From Promethearchaeota archaeon (GTDB lineage Archaea; Asgardarchaeota; Lokiarchaeia; Sigyniarchaeales; SOKP01), in the NCBI GenBank assembly GCA_030603385.1, contig JAUVXW010000001.1, positions 160,001 to 224,000 of the forward strand: DNA of 64,000 nucleotides, in the 5' to 3' direction. The first letter of the stretch is position 1. Each line of letters begins with the position of its first letter. Shown here piece by piece: positions 9,898 through 20,609 of this stretch. The notes beneath the pieces are model-generated. The model was not told the origin of the DNA, did no database searches, and saw only the letters and a program-made list of their open reading frames with translations. Position numbers and translations under genes: made by a program.

Positions 9898-11334
9898 ATG
9901 AAATCAAATATAACTCTAATCTTTGAAAAGGGAATAGATGAAGAACTACAAAATTATATACCTGAAATGGACATAGAAGTCGCAGACCTTAAAGAAATTA
10001 TTCCTCAGATTCTATTAAGAAATGATATACCCATTCCAAATGTTCCAGAAATTGTAATTGTTCGTCATTTTGTGAAATTAAGTCATAAAAATTATGGTGT
10101 TGATACAGGAATTTATCCATTAGGTTCATGTACAATGAAATACAACCCTAAAATTAATGAATCTATTGAAAGATTACCCGGTTTCAGTCAAATTCATCCA
10201 TTACAAGAGGAAAATCAGGGTTCAATCAAACTCTTATATAATATCTCAAAATTCTTAGGAGAAATAACGGGTATGGATAGATTTACACTTCAGCCGGCGG
10301 CGGGAGCGCATGGAGAATTAGCAGGATTATTAATTATGAAAAAATATTTTGAACATAAGGGAATAAAAAAAGAAAAAATTATTGTACCTGATTCCGCTCA
10401 TGGAACTAATCCTGCATCGGCAAAAATGGCAGGCTTCTCAATTATAGAGTTAAAATCAAATGAACAAGGAGAAGTGCCACTTGACCATTTAGAATATGCA
10501 ATGCAGGGAGGTGATGTAGCGGGAATAATGCTAACAAATCCTAATACTTTAGGAATCTTTGATCGACATATTAAGGAAATTACACAAATTGTGCATAATA
10601 ATGGTGGATTATGTTATTACGATGGAGCAAATTTAAATCCGATGCTAGGTATATGTAGGCCTAGAGATATGGGATTTGATATTGTCCATCTTAATCTACA
10701 TAAAACCTTTGCTACACCACACGGAGGAGGTGGTCCAGGTTCAGGACCTATAGGTGTTATAAATGACCTTAGTCCTTTTCTTCCTGAACCATGCATTATT
10801 TCAACTGAAAATGGATTAGTATGTAAAGAATCTACTGGTAAATCTATTGGTAGAATTAAATCTTTTTGGGGTAATTTTGGAGTTATTGTTAGAGCTTATG
10901 CTTATATTTTAGCTTTAGGTGCCGAAGGACTACTTCGGGTAGGTCAGATTGCCGTATTAAATGCCAATTATTTGCGTGTCTTATTACAAAAGAAATATTA
11001 TCTTCCTTTTAATCGGGCATGTCAGCATGAATTTGTAATTTCTGACAAAAATATGGCTAATAACATAACAACTGAAGATATTGCTAAAAGAATTCTTGAT
11101 TATGGGATATACGCCCCAACTATTTATTTTCCTCTGATTATACAAGGAGCTTTAATGATAGAGCCTACTGAAACTGAATCAAAGGAATCTTTGGATTATT
11201 TTGTTGAAATAATGAACAAAATCTATGAAGAAGCTAAGGAAAATCCCCATCTTTTAAAAAATGCACCTCACAATTTACCTGTTAAACGTTTAGATGCAGT
11301 TATAGCTGCAAGAAAGCCTGTATTACACGATTAA
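9898..11334 (+). CDS. gcvPB: glycine dehydrogenase subunit 2
   Basis: YPLGSCTMKYNP, QPAAGAHGE, HLNLHKTFATPHGGGGPG. Confidence 0.96.
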   Translation: MKSNITLIFEKGIDEELQNYIPEMDIEVADLKEIIPQILLRNDIPIPNVPEIVIVRHFVKLSHKNYGVDTGIYPLGSCTMKYNPKINESIERLPGFSQIHPLQEENQGSIKLLYNISKFLGEITGMDRFTLQPAAGAHGELAGLLIMKKYFEHKGIKKEKIIVPDSAHGTNPASAKMAGFSIIELKSNEQGEVPLDHLEYAMQGGDVAGIMLTNPNTLGIFDRHIKEITQIVHNNGGLCYYDGANLNPMLGICRPRDMGFDIVHLNLHKTFATPHGGGGPGSGPIGVINDLSPFLPEPCIISTENGLVCKESTGKSIGRIKSFWGNFGVIVRAYAYILALGAEGLLRVGQIAVLNANYLRVLLQKKYYLPFNRACQHEFVISDKNMANNITTEDIAKRILDYGIYAPTIYFPLIIQGALMIEPTETESKESLDYFVEIMNKIYEEAKENPHLLKNAPHNLPVKRLDAVIAARKPVLHD

Positions 11335-11433
11335 TATCGGTATTTGAATAAATTTTTATACTCTTTGGCAATATAAAATTTAAAATAAACAAATTTAGTA
11401 AGACCTAGTTAATTACAATTTTGGTGTACAAAA

Positions 11434-13401
11434 ATAAATTACTTATCTTTTTTTCCGTATGACAAATTTAGGAAAGATCAAGAAAACATTATCAAGCAAA
11501 TTGAAATAGATTCGAAATCAAAAAAAAATATATTATTAGTAGCTCCTAATGGAACTGGAAAAACAATAATTGCGTTAAGTGGACTTCTCCCATTAGTATA
11601 CGAGAAAAACTTAAAGATGATTTATATGTGTAGAACACATTCTCAAAATCGAAGGGTTACTAAGGAATTAATTAAAGTATCCCAAAAAATAACCGAAGAT
11701 AACCTTTCTGTAAAATTAAATGGTCTTTCAATTAGAGGAAGGAATGAGATGTGCTTAAATGAAACACTGTTAACATTAAAATTAAATCCAAAAGAGTCAA
11801 TGTCAGTCTGTAGAGACTTAAGGCAAAATAGAAATTGTAGTTATTTCTTAAATTTATTAAAAAAAAAAGGAGAAGTGGAAAATCCTGTATTGATAGCACC
11901 AGAATTATTCAATAAACCTATTGATGCTGAAGAACTAATAAATTTTTGTAAGGACAAAAGATTATGTCCTTATTTTTTATGCAAATTTCTCTTAAAAGAG
12001 ATGAAAGTTATTATCTGTAATTATCAGTGGCTTTTCAATCCGTATATTCGAGATTTATTTTTACAATTTATTGATCAAGAGCTTAAAAATTGCATCTTAG
12101 TTCTCGATGAATGTCATAATATAATTGATATAGCAACAGAGGTAAATTCAGATAGATTAACGCCCTATTCACTGAAGCTATGTTTAAAAGATCTTGAAAT
12201 GTATAGATCCCCCATTATTATGCAAGATTTTGTTAAAATCTTGTTGGATCACTTGAATGAAAAAAAACTTGATCTAAAACTCGGAGAACAAGAAGTAGAT
12301 CCAAATAAATATCTAAAATATATATTTGAAAAGTTAAAATTCAGAGATTTGAATGGATTTAAAAATTTAATTCAAGAAATTCAAGAATTTAGTATTTCAA
12401 TTCATGAAGTGAAGTTAGCTAATGGTAAACTTTCAAGGGATTTTTTGGGGTCTATAGCTGAATTTTGGTTAAAATGGTTAAAAACCTTTAATTTAGATAA
12501 TTATTTCTTTTGCTTTAATCTTAAGGAAATAAAAGGAAAAAGATCGATTTCATTAGAGATAGTAGCTTTAGATCCTAGAGAAATTGTAATTCCAATTCTA
12601 AAATCCGCTTATACATCCTTAAACCTTTCTGGAACAGTAAACCCTTATGTTTATAATAATTTAATGGGGTTGAACGAGAGTGGTAAGAGCTATAAAGGTA
12701 TAATTACAGATTCACCATTTCCAAAGAAAAATATAAAAGCAGTAATAATTGAGGGTGTGGACACAAAAAGAGCTAATAGAACGCCAGCAATGTTTAAAAA
12801 AATGATAGGTAAAATTAATGAGGTATTGGCTTGTACACCAGCAAATATTGGCATATTTTGTGCTTCTTACCAAATCCTTAGAGGCCTTCTTTCAAATGGG
12901 ATAAAGAATATCATAGAAAAGAACAATAAAAATCTTTTTATTGAGGATCCTGGATTATCTGCTTCAGAGAACAATGCGATGGTCGACGATTTTAAAGCAC
13001 AAGCATCTAATAGTGGTGCAGTATTACTTGGAGTATGTGGAGGAAGGAATTCAGAAGGAGAAGATTATCCGGGAGATTATATGAATTCTGTTGTCATAGC
13101 AGGATTTCCTTACCATTTACCTACTCCAAGAGTTGATGCAAAAATTAAGTATTATGATAAAGTTTTTAAAAATCAAGGATGGAATTTTGCGTATTTATAT
13201 CCTGCTATTCAAAGAGCTAATCAAGCTTCTGGACGCCCCATAAGAAAGTCTTCTGACAAAGGAGCAATAATATTTATGGATAGCCGTTTTAAAGCGAAAT
13301 ATAAATGGATTTCTAGTTGGATTAGAGAAGAACTAGAACTTATTCCTGATAAACCTAACGCTGTAATTCAAAACCTAAATCCCTTTTGGGATACTAAATA
13401 A
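11434..13401 (+). CDS. xpd: XPD/Rad3-family Fe-S DNA helicase; start lies upstream of the ORF-track start
   Basis: In-frame upstream FPYDKFRKDQ (Q motif) and APNGTGKT (Walker A); Fe-S cysteines, DECH, SGT, GRNSEGEDY, QASGRPIR. Confidence 0.88.
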   Translation: MNYLSFFPYDKFRKDQENIIKQIEIDSKSKKNILLVAPNGTGKTIIALSGLLPLVYEKNLKMIYMCRTHSQNRRVTKELIKVSQKITEDNLSVKLNGLSIRGRNEMCLNETLLTLKLNPKESMSVCRDLRQNRNCSYFLNLLKKKGEVENPVLIAPELFNKPIDAEELINFCKDKRLCPYFLCKFLLKEMKVIICNYQWLFNPYIRDLFLQFIDQELKNCILVLDECHNIIDIATEVNSDRLTPYSLKLCLKDLEMYRSPIIMQDFVKILLDHLNEKKLDLKLGEQEVDPNKYLKYIFEKLKFRDLNGFKNLIQEIQEFSISIHEVKLANGKLSRDFLGSIAEFWLKWLKTFNLDNYFFCFNLKEIKGKRSISLEIVALDPREIVIPILKSAYTSLNLSGTVNPYVYNNLMGLNESGKSYKGIITDSPFPKKNIKAVIIEGVDTKRANRTPAMFKKMIGKINEVLACTPANIGIFCASYQILRGLLSNGIKNIIEKNNKNLFIEDPGLSASENNAMVDDFKAQASNSGAVLLGVCGGRNSEGEDYPGDYMNSVVIAGFPYHLPTPRVDAKIKYYDKVFKNQGWNFAYLYPAIQRANQASGRPIRKSSDKGAIIFMDSRFKAKYKWISSWIREELELIPDKPNAVIQNLNPFWDTK

Positions 13402-13403
13402 AA

Positions 13404-13598
13404 TTACTTTTTCTTAAAACTCTCTAATAGTCGCTTTTTTGGTTTAAATTTTATTAATATGCTCGCTACTGCAAGTAGTGGAAAAATTATCATGAAATAC
13501 ATAGCAATATCATATGGATTATCATTAGAACTAAATATCATCAATAAAAGAGTGAAAACTAATCCACCCAAAAAACCTCCTGAGGAAGAAAGAAAGAA
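13404..13598 (-). pseudogene. C-terminal remnant of a membrane transporter (MFS-like)
   Basis: Hand translation SSGGFLGGLVFTLLLMIFSSNDNPYDIAMYFMIIFPLLAVASILIKFKPKK...*; two TM helices, an upstream in-frame stop and no credible start. Confidence 0.45.
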
Positions 13599-13613
13599 TC
13601 AAGGTTTTTACTC

Positions 13614-15422
13614 CTAAGCTTTTAATGCTTGTTTCTCTTTTATTTTTCTGTATAAGCTAATTAACTTTTTCGAAACTATACTCCATCGAAAATTATTTTC
13701 TACTCTTTTATAGCAATTCTCTTTAATTTTATAATAAAAATCTGGATCTAATATGACTAAAGATTTAAGAACCTCATCAGGTATTTGATTAACCATATTA
13801 AGTGCTTCTTGTTCATAAAGCGAATCTTTATTTTTTGCTCTCTTAGAGATTTCTGCTAATAGAAAAAGAGAAATTAAAGCGTTAGCAAATTGAGAAGGAT
13901 TATCTTTTTCAATTATAATACCAGTGCCAATTTCAGAGAAGTTTCTAATATCAATAATGGTCTCTTGAAATCCTCCAACACGTGTTGCGATAATGGGAAG
14001 CTTTAATGACATTGCCTCTAAAGCAACGATACCAAAAGGTTCCCATCTTGATAATGCACAATACAAATCTGCAGAAATATGTGCTAAATGAAAAATATCT
14101 TTCGCAACTCCAAAAATTATACGGAGATTATCTGGGAACTTTTTAACAGTTTGAGAATAAGATTTAATTTCTCCTAAACTGTAATCAGTAGGTAGTATTA
14201 GAAATAGAAATTTTGCGTTTGGTATAACCTTGATTACTTCAGGGATTGCTTTAAAAATGGTTTCAAAACCTTTCTGTTGTGATATCCTTCCTGTAGTAAT
14301 TACTAAAGGCCCTGAATCTTCAAATGCTTTTACATTTCCATTCTTAATGAATTGATTGCCATTTGAGATCTCATTTATTACATTAAGTATTTTTTCAGAA
14401 CGAATAAGAGGGCTTTTGTCTAAATGAGCAATTTTATGAGTCAAGAGGTATTTCTTCATATCTGATAAAGTTAATTTCTTCTCAATAGGAAAATCTAAAA
14501 ACATCCGTATTTCTTCTCCATGTTTATCTATGACTTGCTGATAAATCTCATTGTAATCCCAATCGCATCCATCCCAAATAAAATCAGATTTAAACACAAT
14601 TAAGTCATTTCCACAATTCGGTATTATGTCTGATATAAGATATGATTGACTAACAGTTGTAACCATATCACATACAACCGCACCGATCTTTTCCAAAGTC
14701 GGAAGTTGACCTATTTTATTAAGCGGACTATATTTTTTACATAAATCAAAAATCTCACTTAAAGTTAGTAAAGTATGACCCTTTTTTAAAAGTATCCTAA
14801 TCGGGGTTTGATCTATGCCACATCCCGTATAAAATTCAATCTCATACCTAGAACGCGTTAATAAGTGGATAGTAATTATTGAATAGACATCTAAACCATT
14901 TTTAATTAAAATTTGTTTTATACCAATAAATGGTATTACAGCATGATAATCATGTAGATGTATTATATTTGGCAATTTTTCTCTTTGATTATCAATAAGA
15001 TAATCTAGATAACATTGCATTCCAATGCTAAATAAAGAAATCTTCCCCCTAAGAGTATCAGGATTGTATACTGCAGGATCATCCAAAAATCTATTTGTAA
15101 ATGAATTTTCTCCAGTTAATAAAATGATATTTACATTATCGATTTTAGATTTATGAAATGAAATACTATAATTACTTTCAAGCTCATTCAATCCAAAAAT
15201 TGAGGGATTAATCTGACCAACACAATTGAAAGGTAATTTTTCCCATTCATAATTTTTTTTAAGGTTATTTATTTGACCGTGAGATGGAATAAAAACAGTA
15301 AGTTCAAATTTATCCGCAATATGTTTTGCTTGGTTAGCGGGTACTTCTCCCAAACCCCCTACTTTAATAATTCCAGCATATTCGAATGTAAATATCCAAA
15401 CTCTTTCTTTTTTCTCACTCAC
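13614..15422 (-). CDS. glgA: glycogen/starch synthase (GT-B glycosyltransferase)
   Basis: KVGGLG, IHLHDYH, GRISQQKG, SRWEPFGIVALEAM, VGGFQE. Confidence 0.85.
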   Translation of the reverse strand: MSEKKERVWIFTFEYAGIIKVGGLGEVPANQAKHIADKFELTVFIPSHGQINNLKKNYEWEKLPFNCVGQINPSIFGLNELESNYSISFHKSKIDNVNIILLTGENSFTNRFLDDPAVYNPDTLRGKISLFSIGMQCYLDYLIDNQREKLPNIIHLHDYHAVIPFIGIKQILIKNGLDVYSIITIHLLTRSRYEIEFYTGCGIDQTPIRILLKKGHTLLTLSEIFDLCKKYSPLNKIGQLPTLEKIGAVVCDMVTTVSQSYLISDIIPNCGNDLIVFKSDFIWDGCDWDYNEIYQQVIDKHGEEIRMFLDFPIEKKLTLSDMKKYLLTHKIAHLDKSPLIRSEKILNVINEISNGNQFIKNGNVKAFEDSGPLVITTGRISQQKGFETIFKAIPEVIKVIPNAKFLFLILPTDYSLGEIKSYSQTVKKFPDNLRIIFGVAKDIFHLAHISADLYCALSRWEPFGIVALEAMSLKLPIIATRVGGFQETIIDIRNFSEIGTGIIIEKDNPSQFANALISLFLLAEISKRAKNKDSLYEQEALNMVNQIPDEVLKSLVILDPDFYYKIKENCYKRVENNFRWSIVSKKLISLYRKIKEKQALKA

Positions 15423-15661
15423 GATGCTTCGAACCTTTTTTAAGCGCCGTTAAAAGCAAAAAATCAATTTAACATTCATGTTGATTTAATTTAAGTCTTT
15501 AAAAAAAGAATTTTATTAAAACTTAATTAAAATTTGATTTGTTTGATTCGAATACGACAAAAAGTAAATATTTTGAGGAATATAATAAAAACTAATGGAA
15601 CAAATTTATATTAATTCATAAAAATGGTATATTATAAGAAAAAGTATTGGTGATATGTACA

Positions 15662-16036
15662 ATGAACAATATTGAAGTGATAGATACTGGCACTCCTAAA
15701 GCTGGACCCTATAGTCTTGGTATAAAAGCAGGAAACCTTGTTTTTCTTTCAGGACAGGTTACTGATCTAGTTACTAAAGGTATAAAAGAACAAACCTTAA
15801 CAGCTTTAGAAAAAATTAAAAAAGTTTTAGAAGTCGCCGGTGCAAGTGTTTCAAATATCGTTAAAACCACAGTTTATTTAAAAAATATGTCAGATTTTAA
15901 GGAAATGAATGGTGCATATAAAGATTTTTTTTTACAAAATGGTGTTAAAGAAAAATTCCCAGCAAGAACTACTGTTGAGGCTACTTGTCCTCTTCCAAAT
16001 GGGTTAATTGAAATTGATGCTATAGCAGTTCTTTAG
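15662..16036 (+). CDS. RidA/YjgF/UK114 family protein
   Basis: GPYS, LSGQ, VKTTVYL, PARTTV, IEIDAIA; ATG at 15662 follows a GGTGA element. Confidence 0.9.
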   Translation: MNNIEVIDTGTPKAGPYSLGIKAGNLVFLSGQVTDLVTKGIKEQTLTALEKIKKVLEVAGASVSNIVKTTVYLKNMSDFKEMNGAYKDFFLQNGVKEKFPARTTVEATCPLPNGLIEIDAIAVL

Positions 16037-16068
16037 TAAAAAAGGTATAAAACCATATTTGAATTTTT

Positions 16069-16359
16069 GTGGGCATAATGAAAAACAAGTATATAATTAT
16101 TGATTCAAAGGATAATTGTGCTACTGCTCTGGAGGATATTCCTCAAGATGCCAAAATAGATTTAATAGATAAAATCATTAAAATTAATCACAAAATTTCT
16201 CTAGGGCATAAATTTGCTATCAACAATATCGAAAAAGAAGATTATATAATAAAATATGGTGAAATAATTGGAATTGCGACTGAAAAGATAAGTGAGGGTG
16301 ATTGGATTCATACACACAACATTAGAAGTTCCTATTTAGAGGTGAAAAAGGATGGATGA
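16069..16359 (+). CDS. UxaA-family dehydratase small (SAF-domain) subunit
   Basis: DNCATAL, GHKFA, IIKYGEIIG, GDWIHTHN. Confidence 0.88.
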   Translation: MGIMKNKYIIIDSKDNCATALEDIPQDAKIDLIDKIIKINHKISLGHKFAINNIEKEDYIIKYGEIIGIATEKISEGDWIHTHNIRSSYLEVKKDG

Positions 16360-17476
16360 AGGCTTTTTAGGGTATCCCCGTTCTAATGGTATGGCTGGTA
16401 TTCGTAACAAAATAGTTGTTGTATCTTCAGTGGTTTGTGTGAATACTGTAGTTCGAAGAGTTGTTGAAAAAATAGATAATGCCGTAGCAATTACACATCC
16501 TTTCGGATGCGGTCAATGGGGAACAAGTTTTTCAAATACATTTAATATTTTGGCAGGTCTCGCAAGTAATCCAAATGTTTATGGTGCTCTTGTCATTGGA
16601 TTAGGATGTGAAAATCTTTTTAGTAATCGTTTAGCTGATAAAATAAAAGAATCAAAAAAGCCAGTAGAATCTTTTAATGTACAGGACGTGCAAGGAGGGA
16701 CTCTCGGTGCAATTGAAAAAGGTGTAAGTATTTGCAAAAGATTTGATAAAGAAGCAAAAGATTTGAAGAAAGAATTTTTTGATTATTCACATATTACATT
16801 AGGCTTAGAATGTGGTGGATCTGATGCAACATCTGGAATTACAGCAAATCCAACTCTTGGAATTGTATCTGATAAGTTAGTAAACTTAGGAGGAACCAGT
16901 ATCCTTCCAGAAATGGCAGAATGGGCTGGAGCTGAACATTTATTAAGTAAAAGGGCAATAAATGAAGAAGTTGCTAAAGAAATTATGAGACCTTTTAAAG
17001 GAAAATTAATTGAAAACCGTTCTCCTGGAAATATAGCTGGTGGATTAAGTACACCTGAAGAAAAATCACTAGGGAATATTGCTAAAGGTGGAAAAGCTAC
17101 TATACAAGGTGTTATTCAATATACAGAAAAACCTAGAGGAAAAGGATTATGGTTAATGATAGAACCTGGATTAGACGTTGTGTCCATGACTGCTCTTGCT
17201 GCAGCGGGAGCTAATATAATTGTTTTTACAACTGGTCGTGGAACACCATTTGGAAGCCCAGTAGCTCCAGTTATTAAAATTTGTGGAAATCCGAAAACTT
17301 GTGATTATATGGCAAGCAATATCGATATAGACGCTAGCAAAATCATAACTAATAATAAAACAATAGAAGACATTTCTGAAATATTATGGAAAAAGCTGAA
17401 AGAGGTTTGTAACGGAGAAAAAACCATTACTGAAAAACTAGGATTCGAAGAAGATATCGGGATTTGGCGTGCTTAG
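16352..17476 (+). CDS. UxaA/GarD/SuyB-family dehydratase large subunit
   Basis: GIRN, HPFGC, GLGCE, GLECGGSDATSG, SPGNIAGG, EEKSLG, FTTGRG. Confidence 0.88.
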   Translation: MDEGFLGYPRSNGMAGIRNKIVVVSSVVCVNTVVRRVVEKIDNAVAITHPFGCGQWGTSFSNTFNILAGLASNPNVYGALVIGLGCENLFSNRLADKIKESKKPVESFNVQDVQGGTLGAIEKGVSICKRFDKEAKDLKKEFFDYSHITLGLECGGSDATSGITANPTLGIVSDKLVNLGGTSILPEMAEWAGAEHLLSKRAINEEVAKEIMRPFKGKLIENRSPGNIAGGLSTPEEKSLGNIAKGGKATIQGVIQYTEKPRGKGLWLMIEPGLDVVSMTALAAAGANIIVFTTGRGTPFGSPVAPVIKICGNPKTCDYMASNIDIDASKIITNNKTIEDISEILWKKLKEVCNGEKTITEKLGFEEDIGIWRA

Positions 17477-17616
17477 TATAATTCTTTTTTAATTTTGCTT
17501 TTTACCTTTTTCGGTTAAATCAACTTTTGAATTTTTACTTTCATTAAATGAAAACATATTTTAAAAATCATATTTTTACCTTATTTAAATTTAGATAATA
17601 ATATTGGTTTGAAATT

Positions 17617-18837
17617 TTGGATGAATTAGAGAAAGTTATATTAGATAAAATAGATAATATGAGGGAAGAAATTATAGAATTCCTTCAAGAGATGATAAAA
17701 AAACTATCTGCAGTTCCACCTGGAAAATATAAAGAAATTTCAAAATTTATAGCTTCTAAAATGAACGAGTTTGGGATACAAACTCAAAGGAAACGACACA
17801 ATGTTATAGGTGAAATAGGTAATGAAGAGGGACCAACTCTAATATTCAATGCTCATTTCGATACTGTGCCTACTTTTAATGGTTGGACAAAAAATCCTTA
17901 TGGTGGAGAAAGGATTGGGGAAAAAATTTATGGACGAGGTGCATCTGATGACAAATCATGTGTAGCAGCAGAAATTTTTGCCACCAAGGCTTTGATTGAC
18001 ATGGGGGTTAAGTTAAATGGAAAACTAATTGTTTCTGGTGTAATTAATGAAGAAATTGGAGGCATGTTGGGTTCTGAGTTTCTTGTAAATGATGGAATAG
18101 TAAAAGGAGATGCATGTTTATTAGGTGATTCTGTATGTGATTATCCAGTTGCATATCGAGCAGGAACATTTCAGATAAGTTTTATAATTAAAGGAATACG
18201 TAGACACGCACAAGGATGGCCGGATTTACCCCCACCTAATCGGAATATATATTCTGGAATAAATACAATTAATAAAATGCTACCAATTATGAATTTTCTA
18301 ATGGAATTACAAGAAGAATTAAAATCTAAAGAAACTAAATATCCTCTTTCCCCAGATATGCCGTCTAAAATTAGTAGTGTTAATTTTACAATGATAGAAG
18401 GAGGAGTCTCAGTAAACACTGTACCTGATAAATGTGTTTTACATTGCTTGATTAATACAATACCAGAACAAAATATTGATGAATTGAAAACAAGAATCTT
18501 AGATTTTATTGAAGATTTAAAGAAAAATGATCCTAATTTAGACATAACAGTACAAATATCAATACATATTGAACCACAAATAACAGATACTAACTCAGAT
18601 TTTGCGAAAATTGTCAAAAATGCTTATCAAGCAGTATATAATGAAGAAAGAGATTTTAAAATCATGTTGCCAACAACAGATGCTCATTTTTTCCAACAAA
18701 AAGGAATAGAAACAATTTTAATTGGACCGTTTCGAGGAGATAATAACATTCATTCGACCGATGAGTTTGTATATATTGAAGATTTGATAAACGTGACAAA
18801 ACTATATGCAATAACAGCATTAAATTATCTGAGATGA
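17617..18837 (+). CDS. M20 family metallo-hydrolase (ArgE/DapE-like)
   Basis: NAHFDTVP, GRGASDDK, NEEIGG, HSTDE. Confidence 0.9.
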   Translation: MDELEKVILDKIDNMREEIIEFLQEMIKKLSAVPPGKYKEISKFIASKMNEFGIQTQRKRHNVIGEIGNEEGPTLIFNAHFDTVPTFNGWTKNPYGGERIGEKIYGRGASDDKSCVAAEIFATKALIDMGVKLNGKLIVSGVINEEIGGMLGSEFLVNDGIVKGDACLLGDSVCDYPVAYRAGTFQISFIIKGIRRHAQGWPDLPPPNRNIYSGINTINKMLPIMNFLMELQEELKSKETKYPLSPDMPSKISSVNFTMIEGGVSVNTVPDKCVLHCLINTIPEQNIDELKTRILDFIEDLKKNDPNLDITVQISIHIEPQITDTNSDFAKIVKNAYQAVYNEERDFKIMLPTTDAHFFQQKGIETILIGPFRGDNNIHSTDEFVYIEDLINVTKLYAITALNYLR

Positions 18838-18855
18838 ATTTTATTTACTAAAATT

Positions 18856-20025
18856 ATGTGTGATACGTTATTAGCACTTGGCAATTCTACTGTTGATGGA
18901 AATGTTATTTTTGGTAAGAATTCGGATCGTCCTTTCGATGAGGTTCAATTAATAGTTTATGTTCCTCGAAAAAAGTATGAAAGAGGAAATGTTTTGAAAT
19001 GTACGTATATCGAAATTCTTCAAGTTAATAAAACTTATGCCGTCCTTTTAAGCCAACCATGGTGGATGTGGGGAGCAGAAATGGGCGCAAATGAATATGG
19101 TGTTGTAATTGGGAATGAAGCGGTACATACTCTGGAACCTATAAGAAATATTGGATTGTTAGGGATGGATTTATTAAGGCTAGGTCTTGAACGAGGAAAA
19201 ACAGCAAGAGAAGCGTTGGATGTGATTATCGATTTGTTAGAAACATATGGTCAGGGTGGAGGTTGCGCTTACAATGATCCAAGTTGGATTTATCATAATT
19301 CATTTATAATTGCGGATCCTAATGAAGCTTATGTATTAGAAACTGCTGATGAGTGGTGGATTGTTGAAAAAATAAAAAATGTAAGATCTATATCTAACAG
19401 TATTTCTATTAGAGGACAAGGTGATATAAGAAGAGATGGCATTATTCAGCAAGCAATAGAGAAAGGTTATTGTAAAGATGATAAGGATTTTGATTTTGCT
19501 GTGACTTTTTCTGGATCTCCAATATCTTCGATCCCTTCACCCTATTCAAGGCAAGGAAAAGCTACTATATTATTGAAAGAAAATAAAAGTAAAATTACAC
19601 CAAAATTAATGATGAACTTTCTTAGAGAACACCAAGCAGGGATTTGCATGCACGGTGGTTTTGAATCAACTTGCTCACAAGTTTCACATTTAACGAAAAC
19701 AAAGAAATCAATACACTGGTTTACAGGAACTACTCTCCCTTGTGTTAGTATTTATAAACCTTATGCGTTCCCTATTGAAGGTCAGAAATTCTATGATTCA
19801 GGTCCATATTCTGCGATTAACTCTGATTGGTTTTGGTGTAAACATACTATATCAAAACCTATAAATAGAAAAACCGAAATTGGAAGGATTGAAGATTCCC
19901 TTATTTCTAGAATAGATTATATGCTAAATCAAGAGGACAAAATCTCTAAAGATGAATTCATAGATAAAATTAGAAGCCTTAATATTGAAGCTTGGAACAA
20001 ATCTTACCAGATTTTACATCAATGA
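18856..20025 (+). CDS. C69 family dipeptidase / secernin-like Ntn hydrolase
   Basis: N-terminal MCDT, GKNSDR, WGAEMGANEYGVVIGNE, GMDLLRLGLER. Confidence 0.9.
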   Translation: MCDTLLALGNSTVDGNVIFGKNSDRPFDEVQLIVYVPRKKYERGNVLKCTYIEILQVNKTYAVLLSQPWWMWGAEMGANEYGVVIGNEAVHTLEPIRNIGLLGMDLLRLGLERGKTAREALDVIIDLLETYGQGGGCAYNDPSWIYHNSFIIADPNEAYVLETADEWWIVEKIKNVRSISNSISIRGQGDIRRDGIIQQAIEKGYCKDDKDFDFAVTFSGSPISSIPSPYSRQGKATILLKENKSKITPKLMMNFLREHQAGICMHGGFESTCSQVSHLTKTKKSIHWFTGTTLPCVSIYKPYAFPIEGQKFYDSGPYSAINSDWFWCKHTISKPINRKTEIGRIEDSLISRIDYMLNQEDKISKDEFIDKIRSLNIEAWNKSYQILHQ

Positions 20026-20156
20026 AAATATTCTATTTTATCCGGATTGTTATATCTCACTGAAAAGGTACTAAAATCTTTTTTTAATAAAACTTAATAG
20101 TTTAAGAGTATTTCTTTTTTTAATATATTACAACAAAATCTTTGTTGATTATTCAG

Positions 20157-20450
20157 ATGTCACAGAGTAAACTAGATCTTTTAGGTATGGAAGGAGTTAT
20201 CTCAAATTATAAGCGAGGTCGCCATACTGTCCACCAGAAACATTGTATATTAGTTTTTTCAAATATTCAGAGTAGAAAAGATGCAAATAAACTTATCGGT
20301 AGAACCGTTGTTTGGAAAAGTTCAACTGGTAAGGAATTAAAGGGTGTAATTACACGTGCTCATGGTAATAGTGGTGCTGTAAGAGCCCATTTTAAGAAAG
20401 CAGGAGTTCCAGGTCAAGCTCTTGGAACAAAAATAAAAATAATCAAATAA
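20157..20450 (+). CDS. rpl35ae: 50S ribosomal protein L35Ae
   Basis: GVISNYKRG, GVITRAHGNSGAVRAHF, PGQALG; likely ATG at 20157. Confidence 0.92.
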   Translation: MSQSKLDLLGMEGVISNYKRGRHTVHQKHCILVFSNIQSRKDANKLIGRTVVWKSSTGKELKGVITRAHGNSGAVRAHFKKAGVPGQALGTKIKIIK

Positions 20451-20609
20451 GGATTTTTATTAAAAGCTCATTTTTGTTTTCCATTATATCTGGATATTAC
20501 ATGATACATGAATAATATATTCTTTTTTGTATTTTTGACATTGTAACATCTTTGATAAAGCGATTTATAAAGATTTTAGAATTATTTGGTTGAAGTTTAA
20601 AATTTAAAA

